32,000 nucleotides of DNA from Delftia acidovorans NBRC 14950 (GCF_001598795.1 NZ_BCZP01000011.1:90001-122000); one strand, 5' to 3'. Positions 18,283 to 26,420 are shown, counted from the first letter of the stretch. Program-made: numbers and translations. Notes: generated by a model from the sequence alone, not told the origin.

Positions 18283-18771
18283 TCAGAGCAGTTCGTGAAA
18301 GCGCATCTGCACGCGATCGGGATGGCGCGCGCCGGTGCCGAAGAACAGGCGCTCGTTGATCCAGGCCAGCGCACGGCTGGCCGTCTCCATGCGGGGTGCG
18401 CAGCGGAAATAGATGTGCGCGGGGTCCACGGGCTCGCCGCGTGCCAGCTTTGCCATGTGCGCCGGGTCGCCGCTGCGCAGCGCCTGGTTGCAGACATAGA
18501 TCAGGTCGCCGGCATCGGTCTCCAGCACATAGCGCGCATCGAGCTCGGCCAGCCCGCCGTGCACGATGCGCTGGAAGTCCGCGCCTCCGGGCAGCACGCG
18601 CGCGCTCCAGCCGTCGCCCCGGGCCGTGCCGCCCAGGATGGGGATCAGTCGGCGCCCGCCGTGCGCCGTGGCACCGACCTCCTGCGGCGGGCCTACCTGC
18701 ACGCTCAGGTCGGCGAAGAAGCGAAAGCGCGGATCGGGCAAGGCCGCAAGCTGCGGCACGTCATCTGGCAT
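18283..18771 (-). CDS. DUF3237 (UPF0311) domain-containing protein
   Basis: The start was trimmed to the ATG at 18771 (MPDDVPQLAAL...). The pattern GGRRLIPILGGTARGDGWSARVLPGGADFQ...LDARYVLETDAGDLIYV...YFRCAPRMET matches DUF3237. It is 47 nt upstream of, and co-directional with, the Bug gene. Confidence 0.7.
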   Translation of the reverse strand: MPDDVPQLAALPDPRFRFFADLSVQVGPPQEVGATAHGGRRLIPILGGTARGDGWSARVLPGGADFQRIVHGGLAELDARYVLETDAGDLIYVCNQALRSGDPAHMAKLARGEPVDPAHIYFRCAPRMETASRALAWINERLFFGTGARHPDRVQMRFHELL

Positions 18772-18970
18772 GGTTCTGGGGCTCCGGTGGTTGGAATCGG
18801 GACCTAGCATAAGCACCATTGCCCGGGCCGGCCGTCATCCCGGAAGATGACAACGCCCTGCCCGCCCCTGCCATCCCTTGAGACACTGGACCGCCCCCTC
18901 CGACACCCCTGACGCCAGCGCCCTGGGCGGCCATGCGTCCGGCCACGCGCCCAGCCACGCCATCGGCCAC

Positions 18971-19765
18971 ATGGTCGCCAGCCTGGGCGAGCCCGGCTTC
19001 GCCCGGCAGGTGCTGGAGGCCATGAACCCGCTGCTGCCCGCCGCCTCCTGGTCGGTCTACCGCACGGGCCCGCGCAGCCGGCCGCAGCTGTTCCTGTCGG
19101 CCAGCAGCGAGGCGCGCGACACCACGCGCGACTGCTGGTGGGCCTATCTCTCGGGTCCTTATCTGCGCGACAGCACCTGGAACCACGGCGACGCCGGCCC
19201 GGCACGCAGCACGGCGCTGTGCCACATCACGGCCCAGGAGGTGGAAGGCGAGCACCGCGCCTTGGTCTACGACGCGCACGGCATGGCCGAGCGCGTGTCC
19301 ATCGTCGAGCACCAGGACGACGGCGGTGTGTTTGCCGTCAATTTCTATCGCCACCAGCACCAGAGGGCACTGGGCGATGCGCAGATCGACCGCTTCGGGA
19401 GCATGGCGCCCGTGCTGCTGGCCCTGGCGCACAAGCACATTGCGCTGACGCAGGCGCAGCCCGCCGTGGTAACGGCCTTGGCCTTGGCCTTGGCCTCGGC
19501 CCCGGCCACCCCACCCAGCCAGCCCCGGCAGCGGCAGACACTGCCGGCCCTGCGCATGCGCCTGCTGCAGGCACAGCCCGACCTGACGCCGCGCGAACTC
19601 GATGTCTGCGCCCGGCTGCTGCAGGGCATGACGCATGAGGGCATTGCCTGCGACCTGTGCCTGAGCCTGCCCACCGTCAAGACCTACCGCAACCGCGCCT
19701 TTGCGCGGCTGGGCATCCACTTTCGCAGCGAGCTGTTCGCGCTGGCCATGGAGCCGCAGGGCTGA
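18971..19765 (+). CDS. LuxR-family (HTH, GerE-type) transcriptional regulator with an uncharacterised N-terminal domain
   Basis: C-terminal LTPRELDVCARLLQGMTHEGIACDLCLSLPTVKTYRNRAFARLGI is a LuxR/GerE HTH. The start is uncertain. The first in-frame ATG is at 18971. The track ORF opens at TTG 18878, which would add a His-rich N-terminus. Confidence 0.7.
   Translation: MVASLGEPGFARQVLEAMNPLLPAASWSVYRTGPRSRPQLFLSASSEARDTTRDCWWAYLSGPYLRDSTWNHGDAGPARSTALCHITAQEVEGEHRALVYDAHGMAERVSIVEHQDDGGVFAVNFYRHQHQRALGDAQIDRFGSMAPVLLALAHKHIALTQAQPAVVTALALALASAPATPPSQPRQRQTLPALRMRLLQAQPDLTPRELDVCARLLQGMTHEGIACDLCLSLPTVKTYRNRAFARLGIHFRSELFALAMEPQG
19475..19498 (+). repeat. In-frame hexanucleotide microsatellite (gccttg x3 plus gcctcg) encoding ALALALAS in the LuxR linker
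   Basis: Read directly from the sequence. Confidence 0.8.
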
Positions 19766-19774
19766 GGCCTTGCG

Positions 19775-20782
19775 TCAATCCAGCGATGCGCCGGACGCCT
19801 TGACGATGCGCGCCCACTTGGCGATGTCCTCGCGCAGCAGGGCCGCCATCTGGGCGGGCGGCACGGGCCTGTCCGCCGGCCCGGCCAGCTCCACGCCCGA
19901 GGCTTCCAGCCGGGTGCGCAGATCACTGGCCGCCAGCGCGCGGGCCATGCCGTCCTGCAACTGCGCCAGCACCGGCGCGGGCACGCCTTCAGGCGCAAAC
20001 AGACCCACCCACAGCGTGCCGTTGTAGCCGGGCACGGTCTCGCCAATGGTGGGCACATCGGGCAGCAGCGGCGAGCGCGCCGCGCCGCTCACGGCCAGCG
20101 CACGCAGCCGGCCGGCCTGGATATGGGGCAGCGTTGATGGCAGGCTGCCGAACAGCAGCGGCACCTGCCCGCCCAGCACATCGTTGAGCGCGGGCGCCAC
20201 GCCCTTGTAGGGCACATGCTGCAGCTGGATGCCCGCCATGCTGTTGAGCATCTCGCCCAGCAGATGGTTGAGCGTGCCGTTGCCGGCCGAGGCATAGCGG
20301 AACTCGTCGGGCCGGCCCCGGGCCATGGCGATCAACTCGGGCACGGATTTGGCCGCAAAGCCGGGGTGGGCCAGCAGCACATTGGGCACCGAGCCGATCA
20401 GGCCGATGGGCCGGAAGTCCTTCACCGGATCAAAGCCCGGCTTGCGGTACAGCGCGGGGTTGATGGCTTGGCTGCTGCTGATGGTCATCAGCAGCGTATG
20501 GCCGTCGCGCGGCGCCTTGGCCACGGCCTGGGTGCCGATGTTGCCGCCCGCGCCGGGCCGGTTCTCAACCACCACGCTGGCGCCCAGCACCTCGGCCAGC
20601 TTCTGGCTCACCAGCCGGCCCACGATGTCGTTGGTGCCACCGGGCGCCTGCGGGACGATCATCACGATGGGCCGCGCGGGCCAGGCCTGGGCACGGCCCA
20701 GCAGGGGCAAGGCGAGTGCAGCGGCCAGCAGGCTTCGGCGGCGCAAAAGGCTTGACGGCAGGGGAAAGGAAGAATCCGGCAT
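19775..20782 (-). CDS. Bug-family (TctC-like) substrate-binding protein
   Basis: The ATG at 20782 has GGAG about 8 nt upstream; the ATG at 20788 is too close to it. Tat/Sec-like leader: SLLRRRSLLAAALALPLLGRAQAWPARPIVMIVPQAPGGTNDIVGRLV. VVENRPGAGG follows. Confidence 0.85.
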   Translation of the reverse strand: MPDSSFPLPSSLLRRRSLLAAALALPLLGRAQAWPARPIVMIVPQAPGGTNDIVGRLVSQKLAEVLGASVVVENRPGAGGNIGTQAVAKAPRDGHTLLMTISSSQAINPALYRKPGFDPVKDFRPIGLIGSVPNVLLAHPGFAAKSVPELIAMARGRPDEFRYASAGNGTLNHLLGEMLNSMAGIQLQHVPYKGVAPALNDVLGGQVPLLFGSLPSTLPHIQAGRLRALAVSGAARSPLLPDVPTIGETVPGYNGTLWVGLFAPEGVPAPVLAQLQDGMARALAASDLRTRLEASGVELAGPADRPVPPAQMAALLREDIAKWARIVKASGASLD

Positions 20783-20898
20783 GGTCATGTCTCCATTTGT
20801 TCTTGTCGCAAGCCCGCATGGTTGCCCGTGCCGGGCCAGCGCACAATCGCGCATTTCCTGACCCGGCCTTCGGAATTGACAAAGCCTTGACCCAGCCC

Positions 20899-21831
20899 AT
20901 GCCCTCTTCGCCTTTCATGCCCCTCATGCATTTCGACCTGACGGACCTGCGCCTGTTCGTGCATGCCGCCGAACTGGGCAGCCTCACGCGCGCCTCGCAA
21001 AGGCAGCACCTGTCCCTGGCCGCAGCCAGCCTGCGCATCAAGGCGCTGGAGGAGCAGGCGGGCATGCCCCTGCTGTACCGCGAGGCGCGCGGCGTGCGCC
21101 CCACGCCGGCCGGCGAAGCCTTCCTGCACCATGCGCGCGGGATGCTGCTGCAGTCCGAGCAGCTGCGCCACGACCTGCAGGAGTACGGCGCCGGCCTGCG
21201 CGGCCATGTGCGGGTGTTTGCCAACACCACGGCCGTGACCGATTTCCTGCCCGAGATCCTGCCCGCCTTTCTTGCCGACCACCCGCGCGTGAATGTGGAC
21301 CTGCAGGAGCGGCCCAACGCCGAGATCGCGCGCGGCGTGCTCGACGGCCGGGCCGACCTGGGCATCGTGGCCGGCCAGGTGGATACGCTGGGCCTGCAGA
21401 CCATCCACTTCAGCACCGACCGGCTGGTGCTGGCCACGCCGCGCGGCCACCGCTTTGCGCGGCGCAAGCGCATTGCGTTTGCCGAGACGCTGGACGAGGA
21501 CGCCATCGGCATGCAGCAGGGCAGCACGCTGCAGACATTTCTGGCAGGTGTGACCGAGCGCCTGGGCAAGCCCATGAAGCTGCGCATACAGCTGTCCAGC
21601 TTCGACGCCATGTGCCGCATGATCGGCGCGGGCGTGGGAATCGGCATCGTTCCCGAGAGCGCCGCGCGGCGCAACCGCGAAAGCATGGGGCTGGCGCTGA
21701 TCGATCTGACCGACGCATGGAGCGTGCGCGAGCGCCGCATCCTCGTGCGCGACCAGGGCAGGCTGCCGCGCCATGCGCAGGCCCTGATCGAGGTGCTGCA
21801 GGCCTACTACGCCGCGCCTGCCGTCTCCTGA
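20899..21831 (+). CDS. LysR-family transcriptional regulator
   Basis: HTH: LTDLRLFVHAAELGSLTRASQRQHLSLAAASLRIKALEEQAGMPLLYREARGVRPTPAG. In-frame ATGs occur at 20899, 20917 and 20926; 20926 (MHFDLTDL) fits typical LysR N-termini best. It is divergent from the Bug gene. Confidence 0.85.
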   Translation: MPSSPFMPLMHFDLTDLRLFVHAAELGSLTRASQRQHLSLAAASLRIKALEEQAGMPLLYREARGVRPTPAGEAFLHHARGMLLQSEQLRHDLQEYGAGLRGHVRVFANTTAVTDFLPEILPAFLADHPRVNVDLQERPNAEIARGVLDGRADLGIVAGQVDTLGLQTIHFSTDRLVLATPRGHRFARRKRIAFAETLDEDAIGMQQGSTLQTFLAGVTERLGKPMKLRIQLSSFDAMCRMIGAGVGIGIVPESAARRNRESMGLALIDLTDAWSVRERRILVRDQGRLPRHAQALIEVLQAYYAAPAVS

Positions 21832-22553
21832 GCCTGCGGCGCACCCAGCCCCATCAGGCTGGACAGCGAAAGAACCTGCCCGCCGCCCGCATCGAAGTTG
21901 CCCGGCTCCAGCCAGCGCTGGTAGGCCGCGCGCAGCGCCGGCCATTCTCTGTCGATGATGGAGAACCAGGCCGTGTCACGGCTGCGGCCCTTGTAGACCA
22001 CGGCCTGGCGGAACACCCCCTCGAACTGGAAGCCCAGGCGCGCCGCTGCGGCACGCGACGGCGCGTTCAGGCTGTCGCACTTCCACTCGTAGCGGCGGTA
22101 GCCCAGCTCGTCGAAGGCGCGCTGCATCAGCAGGAACTGCGCCTCGGTGGCCGCACGCGTGCGCTTGAGCAGGCGCGAGTAGCAGACAAAGCCCACTTCC
22201 ATCACGCCGCTGGCCGTGTCCACGCGCATCAGCGCCAGCGAGCCGATGGCACGGCCCGTGGCCAGGTCGATGACGGCGTGGTGCAGCGGGTCATCGCTGG
22301 CCTGGGCGGCCTCGGCAAAGCGCAGATAGGCCTCGGCATCCGCGAAGGGGCCTACCGACATGTAGGTCCAGTCGCTGGCGTCCGGCGCCTGGCTGAAGGC
22401 GTCGAACAGATCGGCTGCATGGCGCGCGGCGGACAGCGGCTCCAGCCGGCAGTAACGGCCCTGGATGGGCATGCGGGGCGGGCGCTGGCGCGGGGTCCAT
22501 CCGGGAAGGTCGTGGCCTACGGGTTGGGAGTGGGCATTGAGTGCGGGGGGCAT
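21807..22553 (-). CDS. GNAT-family N-acetyltransferase (RimJ/RimL-like)
   Basis: GRYCRLEPLSAARHAADLFDAF ... MEVGFVCYSRLLKRTRAATEAQFLLMQRAFDELGYRRYEWKCDSLNAPSRAAAARLGFQFEGVFRQ is the acetyl-CoA binding core pattern of this GNAT subgroup. Its 3' end overlaps the convergent LysR gene by 25 nt. Confidence 0.8.
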   Translation of the reverse strand: MPPALNAHSQPVGHDLPGWTPRQRPPRMPIQGRYCRLEPLSAARHAADLFDAFSQAPDASDWTYMSVGPFADAEAYLRFAEAAQASDDPLHHAVIDLATGRAIGSLALMRVDTASGVMEVGFVCYSRLLKRTRAATEAQFLLMQRAFDELGYRRYEWKCDSLNAPSRAAAARLGFQFEGVFRQAVVYKGRSRDTAWFSIIDREWPALRAAYQRWLEPGNFDAGGGQVLSLSSLMGLGAPQAQETAGAA

Positions 22554-22597
22554 GGGAGATTCCTGGTCAGGTCATTTGGCAGGGCCACGATAGCGCT

Positions 22598-22649
22598 GGC
22601 GTGGCATCATTGAAAGCGCCATATCCTCCTTATTTCATGGTGCCACGCC
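22598..22649. promoter_or_regulatory. Candidate operator: 13-bp inverted repeat GGCGTGGCATCAT ... ATGGTGCCACGCC (1 mismatch) with a 26-nt spacer
   Basis: Read directly. It lies in the 105-nt divergent region between the GNAT gene (start 22553) and the MocR regulator gene (start 22659). The right arm ends 9 nt before the MocR ATG. Confidence 0.4.
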
Positions 22650-22658
22650 ACCCATTGC

Positions 22659-24122
22659 ATGCACGCCTCCGATCTGCTGACCAGTCCCTTGCAATCCGGC
22701 CCTGGAGCGGCTCCCCGCCAGCGCCAACTGATCCAGCGCCTGAAGCAGGCCATCCTGGCGGGCCGCCTGCCGGCCGGTGACCGCCTGCCGGCCTCGCGCG
22801 CGCTGTCGGAGGATCTGGGAGTCTCGCGCAACACCGTGCTCATCGCCTACGAGCAACTGGCGGCCGAAGGCTATGTGGTCGCCGACCGGCAGGGCACGCG
22901 CGTGGCGGCTGTATCCACCCATTCCACGGCAGCCGCCGAGGCCGCCGCCCCGCCCCCCTGCGCACCCCGCACGGCACGGCGCCTGGACCGCATCGCGCCC
23001 ACGCGCCACGCCATCGACCGCAGCCTGCCCCTGACGCCGGGCACGCCCGCGCTGGACAGATTCCCCCTGACCGCCTGGCGCCGTTCGCAGGACCGCGCAT
23101 TGCGCCTTCCCGCCAACGCCACGCTGGACTATGGCGACCCTTCGGGCGAGCCCGCACTGCGCCAGGCCATTGCGCAGCACCTGCGCATCTCGCGCGGCGT
23201 GCGCTGCGATGCCTCGCGCATCATCGTCACCGAAGGCGCCCAGGGTGCGCTGGACCTGTGCGTGCAACTGCTCACCAACCCGGGCGACCATGCCTGGCTG
23301 GAGGAGCCCGGCTACCGGGGCGCCAAGTCGGCCTTTGCGGGAGGAGACCTGTGCGTCAGCACACTGCGCGTGGATGCCGATGGCGCAGCCATCGCGCCCG
23401 GCCTGTGGGACAGCCATCCTCCACGGCTGATCCAGATCACGCCGTCGCACCAATATCCCACGGGCGCCGTGCTGTCGGTGGCGCGCAGGCTGGACCTGCT
23501 GGAGCGCGCGCGCCGCGCGGGGGCCTGGATCATCGAGGACGACTACGACAGCGAATTCCGCCACCAGGGCACGCCCATCGCAGCCATGCAGGGCCAGGTG
23601 CCGGACGCGCCCGTGCTCTACGTGGGCACCTTCAGCAAGACCATGTTCCCGGCACTGCGCCTGGGCTTTGTGGTGCTGCCGCAGGCCCTGGCGGCCAGCG
23701 CCGCAACGGCGGTGCAGGAGATGCTGCGCGGCGGCCATCGACTGGAGCAACTGGCCCTGGCGGACTTCATGGACAGCGGCCAGTTCTCGCGCCACCTGGG
23801 CCGCATGCGGCGCCTGTACCGCGAGCGCCAGGCGGCCCTGCGCGAGGCGCTGGCCACGCAACTGGGCGTGGAGCACGAGGTGCTGGGCGGCCACGGCGGC
23901 CTGCATCTGACGGTGCGGCTGCCGCCGAACCTGTCCGACCGTGCCATCGTGGAGCAGGCGCGGCGCGCCGGCATGAACCCGGGCGCCCTCTCGTCCTTCG
24001 CCCTGGCACCGCTGCCCCAGGACAACGGCCTGGTAATCGGCTATGGCAACACCGATGCCGCGCGCTTCGGCGCGCTGGTCAGGCGGCTGGGCAAGCTGGC
24101 GGCAGCTGCGTTACCGCGCTAG
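22659..24122 (+). CDS. MocR/PdxR-type regulator (GntR wHTH fused to a fold-type I aminotransferase-like domain)
   Basis: N-terminus: LKQAILAGRLPAGDRLPASRALSEDLGVSRNTVLIAYEQLAAEGYVVADRQGTRV. The C-terminal AAT-like domain has ITPSHQYPTG and the PLP-lysine motif GTFSKTMFPALRLGFVV. Confidence 0.85.
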   Translation: MHASDLLTSPLQSGPGAAPRQRQLIQRLKQAILAGRLPAGDRLPASRALSEDLGVSRNTVLIAYEQLAAEGYVVADRQGTRVAAVSTHSTAAAEAAAPPPCAPRTARRLDRIAPTRHAIDRSLPLTPGTPALDRFPLTAWRRSQDRALRLPANATLDYGDPSGEPALRQAIAQHLRISRGVRCDASRIIVTEGAQGALDLCVQLLTNPGDHAWLEEPGYRGAKSAFAGGDLCVSTLRVDADGAAIAPGLWDSHPPRLIQITPSHQYPTGAVLSVARRLDLLERARRAGAWIIEDDYDSEFRHQGTPIAAMQGQVPDAPVLYVGTFSKTMFPALRLGFVVLPQALAASAATAVQEMLRGGHRLEQLALADFMDSGQFSRHLGRMRRLYRERQAALREALATQLGVEHEVLGGHGGLHLTVRLPPNLSDRAIVEQARRAGMNPGALSSFALAPLPQDNGLVIGYGNTDAARFGALVRRLGKLAAAALPR

Positions 24123-24142
24123 CCGCGGCGCGGCTCCAGCGG

Positions 24143-25300
24143 CTATGCCTCCTCCGAACGCGTGCTCACCCCTGCCTGCGCAAAGCTGGCCATCTCGCCC
24201 AGCATGGCGCAGGCCGACACCAGCAGCGGCCAAGCCAGGGCCGCTCCCGAGCCTTCGCCCAGACGCAGCTGCCAGTCCAGCAGCGGCTCGGCACCCAGGT
24301 GGGCCAGCATGCGCACATGGCCGGGCTCGCCCGAGCGGTGCGAGAACACGCAGCGCTCCAGCACGGCCGGCTGCAGGCGGCTGGCCACCAGCACGGCGGC
24401 CGTGGTGATGAAGCCATCGACCACGATGACACGGCGCTCGGCAGCGGCCTGCAGCACGGCGCCCACCATGGTGGCAACCTCGAAGCCGCCCATGGCCGCC
24501 AGCGCGTCCAGCGGTTGCGTGGCCTGGGCGTGCAGTTGCAGCACCTCCTGCAGCACCCCGATCTTGCGGGCCAGCCCGGCTGCATCCAGGCCGGTGCCCG
24601 CTCCCGTGACCTCGGCCAGCGGCTCGCCGCACAGCCGCGCCAGCAGCAAGGATGCGCTGGAGGTATTGCCAATGCCCATCTCGCCCAGCAGCAGCGCATT
24701 GCCCGGCAGCTGGCGCACCAGGGCCGCGCCGTTGCGCAGGGCCATGGCGCATTCGGTGGCCGTCATGGCCGGGCCCTGGCTGCAGTCGCGCGTGCCGTAG
24801 CCCAGCTTGCGGCGCCACAGGCGCGGCTGGCCGGGCTGGGGAAGCTTGTCGTCGGGGTCCTGCTCGCGCGCGGGAAAGTCGCGTGCCACGCCGCAGTCCA
24901 CCACGTTCAGCGCCAGCCCATGCTGGCGTGCCAGCACGCTGACGGCGGCGCCGCCGGCCATGAAGTTCTCGACCATCTGCCAGGTCACATCCACCGGATA
25001 GGCCGACACGCCGCGCGCAGCCAGCCCATGGTCGGCCGCAAACACCAGCATCTGCGGCTGCTGCAGCACCGGCCTGTCCTGGCCCAGGATGCAGGCAATG
25101 CGCAGCGCCAGCTGCTCCAGCCGCCCCAGTGCGCCCAGCGGCTTGGTCTTGTGGTCTATGGCGTGCTGCACGCGCTGGGTGAAGGCGGCATCGGCCAGCG
25201 AGGCGATGGCGGGAATAGCGGCTATAGCGGTAGTGGCAGCATTGGCGCCATCGTGCGAGTGTTCTGTGGGTGCAGCGGAATGCGGGGTGGGCGTTGACAT
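24143..25300 (-). CDS. cobT: Nicotinate-nucleotide--dimethylbenzimidazole phosphoribosyltransferase
   Basis: The start was trimmed to the ATG at 25300 (MSTPTPHS...). Motifs: KTKPLGALGRLEQLA, VFAADHGLA, GEMGIGNTSSAS and LRLGEGSGAALAWPLL are CobT hallmarks. Confidence 0.9.
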   Translation of the reverse strand: MSTPTPHSAAPTEHSHDGANAATTAIAAIPAIASLADAAFTQRVQHAIDHKTKPLGALGRLEQLALRIACILGQDRPVLQQPQMLVFAADHGLAARGVSAYPVDVTWQMVENFMAGGAAVSVLARQHGLALNVVDCGVARDFPAREQDPDDKLPQPGQPRLWRRKLGYGTRDCSQGPAMTATECAMALRNGAALVRQLPGNALLLGEMGIGNTSSASLLLARLCGEPLAEVTGAGTGLDAAGLARKIGVLQEVLQLHAQATQPLDALAAMGGFEVATMVGAVLQAAAERRVIVVDGFITTAAVLVASRLQPAVLERCVFSHRSGEPGHVRMLAHLGAEPLLDWQLRLGEGSGAALAWPLLVSACAMLGEMASFAQAGVSTRSEEA

Positions 25301-25506
25301 GGCGAAGCGGCCTTGGCCCGGGGCGGGCGTGGCGGGCGGATTGCAAAGGCGCAAGTATGGCGCGCCGCGCAACTCCGGCAGAACCATCGGTCTCTTTCCT
25401 GCCGCCATGGACGGTCTGGGCGTCGATTGCCGCAGCAGGCCGTACAGGCCGCACCGTTCTGAGACAATCGCTGCCACACGTGTCTCCCCAGCCCCCCACC
25501 CCCTCC

Positions 25507-26274
25507 ATGACGGTTTCCTTCTCGGCCATCCAGCCCGGTCTCAAGCTTGCGGACCAGGTTGCCCGGCAGCTGGAGGCGCGCATCCGCGCCGGCAATCTGC
25601 AGCCGGGGCAGAAGCTGCCGACCGAGGCCGAGCTCGTGCAGCAGCTCGAGGTCAGCCGCACCGTGGTGCGCGAGGCGGTGTCCCAGCTCAAGTCGCGCAA
25701 CCTGGTGGAATCGCGCCAGGGCAGCGGCGTGTTCGTGAAGGCGGCAGGCATAGAGCCACTGGACTTCGAAGGCCTGCCGGCGGCTGGCAGGAATGCGCTG
25801 ATCCAGATCACCGAGGTGCGCCGCGCACTGGAGGCCGAGGTGGCCGAACTCGCGGCGCGGCGGCGCAGCGAAGAGGACATGCAGCGCATCCACGATGCGG
25901 AGAGTGCCCTGGCCGAGGCCGTGCGGCTGGGCCGTGATGGCGTGGAGGAGGACATGGCGTTTCACCGCGCCATTGCCCAGGCTTCGGGCAACCCGTTCCT
26001 GATCAGCACGCTGGACTACCTGTCGCAGTTCCTGCGCGGCGCCATGCGCATCACGCGCGCCAACGAGGCGCGGCGCGAGGACTTCGGCAAGGCCGTGGAA
26101 CGCGAGCACCACAGCATCGTGCTGGCCATCGAGGCTGGCGACCCCAAGGCCGCGCGCAAGGCCGCCGCCACGCACATGGGCAACGCCATAGACCGCATTC
26201 ACCGCGCCGACGCCAGCTTCTGGGAGCAGGACGGCGAACGCCTGGCCCGCGACATCCTGGCCGCCAAGCCCTGA
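25507..26274 (+). CDS. GntR-family regulator, FadR subfamily (FCD effector domain)
   Basis: The ATG at 25507 gives MTVSFSAIQPGLKLADQVARQLEARIRAGNLQPGQKLPTEAELVQQLEVSRTVVREAVSQLKSRNLVESRQGSGVFV. An all-helical FCD region (DMAFHRAIAQASGNPFL) follows. It lies directly upstream of the otn genes. Confidence 0.85.
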   Translation: MTVSFSAIQPGLKLADQVARQLEARIRAGNLQPGQKLPTEAELVQQLEVSRTVVREAVSQLKSRNLVESRQGSGVFVKAAGIEPLDFEGLPAAGRNALIQITEVRRALEAEVAELAARRRSEEDMQRIHDAESALAEAVRLGRDGVEEDMAFHRAIAQASGNPFLISTLDYLSQFLRGAMRITRANEARREDFGKAVEREHHSIVLAIEAGDPKAARKAAATHMGNAIDRIHRADASFWEQDGERLARDILAAKP

Positions 26275-26288
26275 ACCTCCGAAACCGT

Positions 26289-26313
26289 CCCTTGGCGCAT
26301 GGCCAAGGGTTTT
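26289..26313 (+). terminator. Rho-independent terminator after the FadR-type regulator gene
   Basis: An 8-bp GC-rich stem CCCTTGGC / GCCAAGGG with a 5-nt loop is followed by TTTT, 15 nt after the stop codon. Confidence 0.6.
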
Positions 26314-26342
26314 CACCTTGTTTGGGTTTTTGCGCAAAATTT

Positions 26343-26374
26343 GTATGATGACCTGATGACAATATCAGTCATAC
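26343..26374. promoter_or_regulatory. Candidate operator in the AT-rich otn promoter: GTATGA-TGAC-CTGAT-GACAAT-ATCAG-TCATAC
   Basis: Read directly. The outer arms GTATGA/TCATAC and inner arms CTGAT/ATCAG form an 11-bp-arm palindrome with a 4-nt bulge on the left. There is also a TGATGAC direct repeat. It sits between the regulator terminator and otnC, in the most AT-rich stretch I noticed reading the window by eye. Confidence 0.4.
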
Positions 26375-26420
26375 CTCTTTTTGCACCCCACACACCTGGC
26401 CTTTGCCTGGGCGTTCACCC

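Noticed and set aside
25301-25506. Possible cobalamin riboswitch upstream of cobT
   Set aside because: I reverse-complemented the region by hand. There is no B12-box-like element (GCCACTG context), no AGGGAA and no GGTG-AAA-TCC core. Only a vague gcaatccgcccgccac resemblance remains. It needs cmsearch to be sure.
23258-25955. 679-aa (+, 23258-25297) and 614-aa (-, 24111-25955) ORFs across MocR/cobT/FadR
   Set aside because: These are off-frame or antisense to genes with clear motifs (GEMGIGNT, GntR HTH). Their sequences are Arg/Ala/Gly/Pro-rich with no domain signatures.
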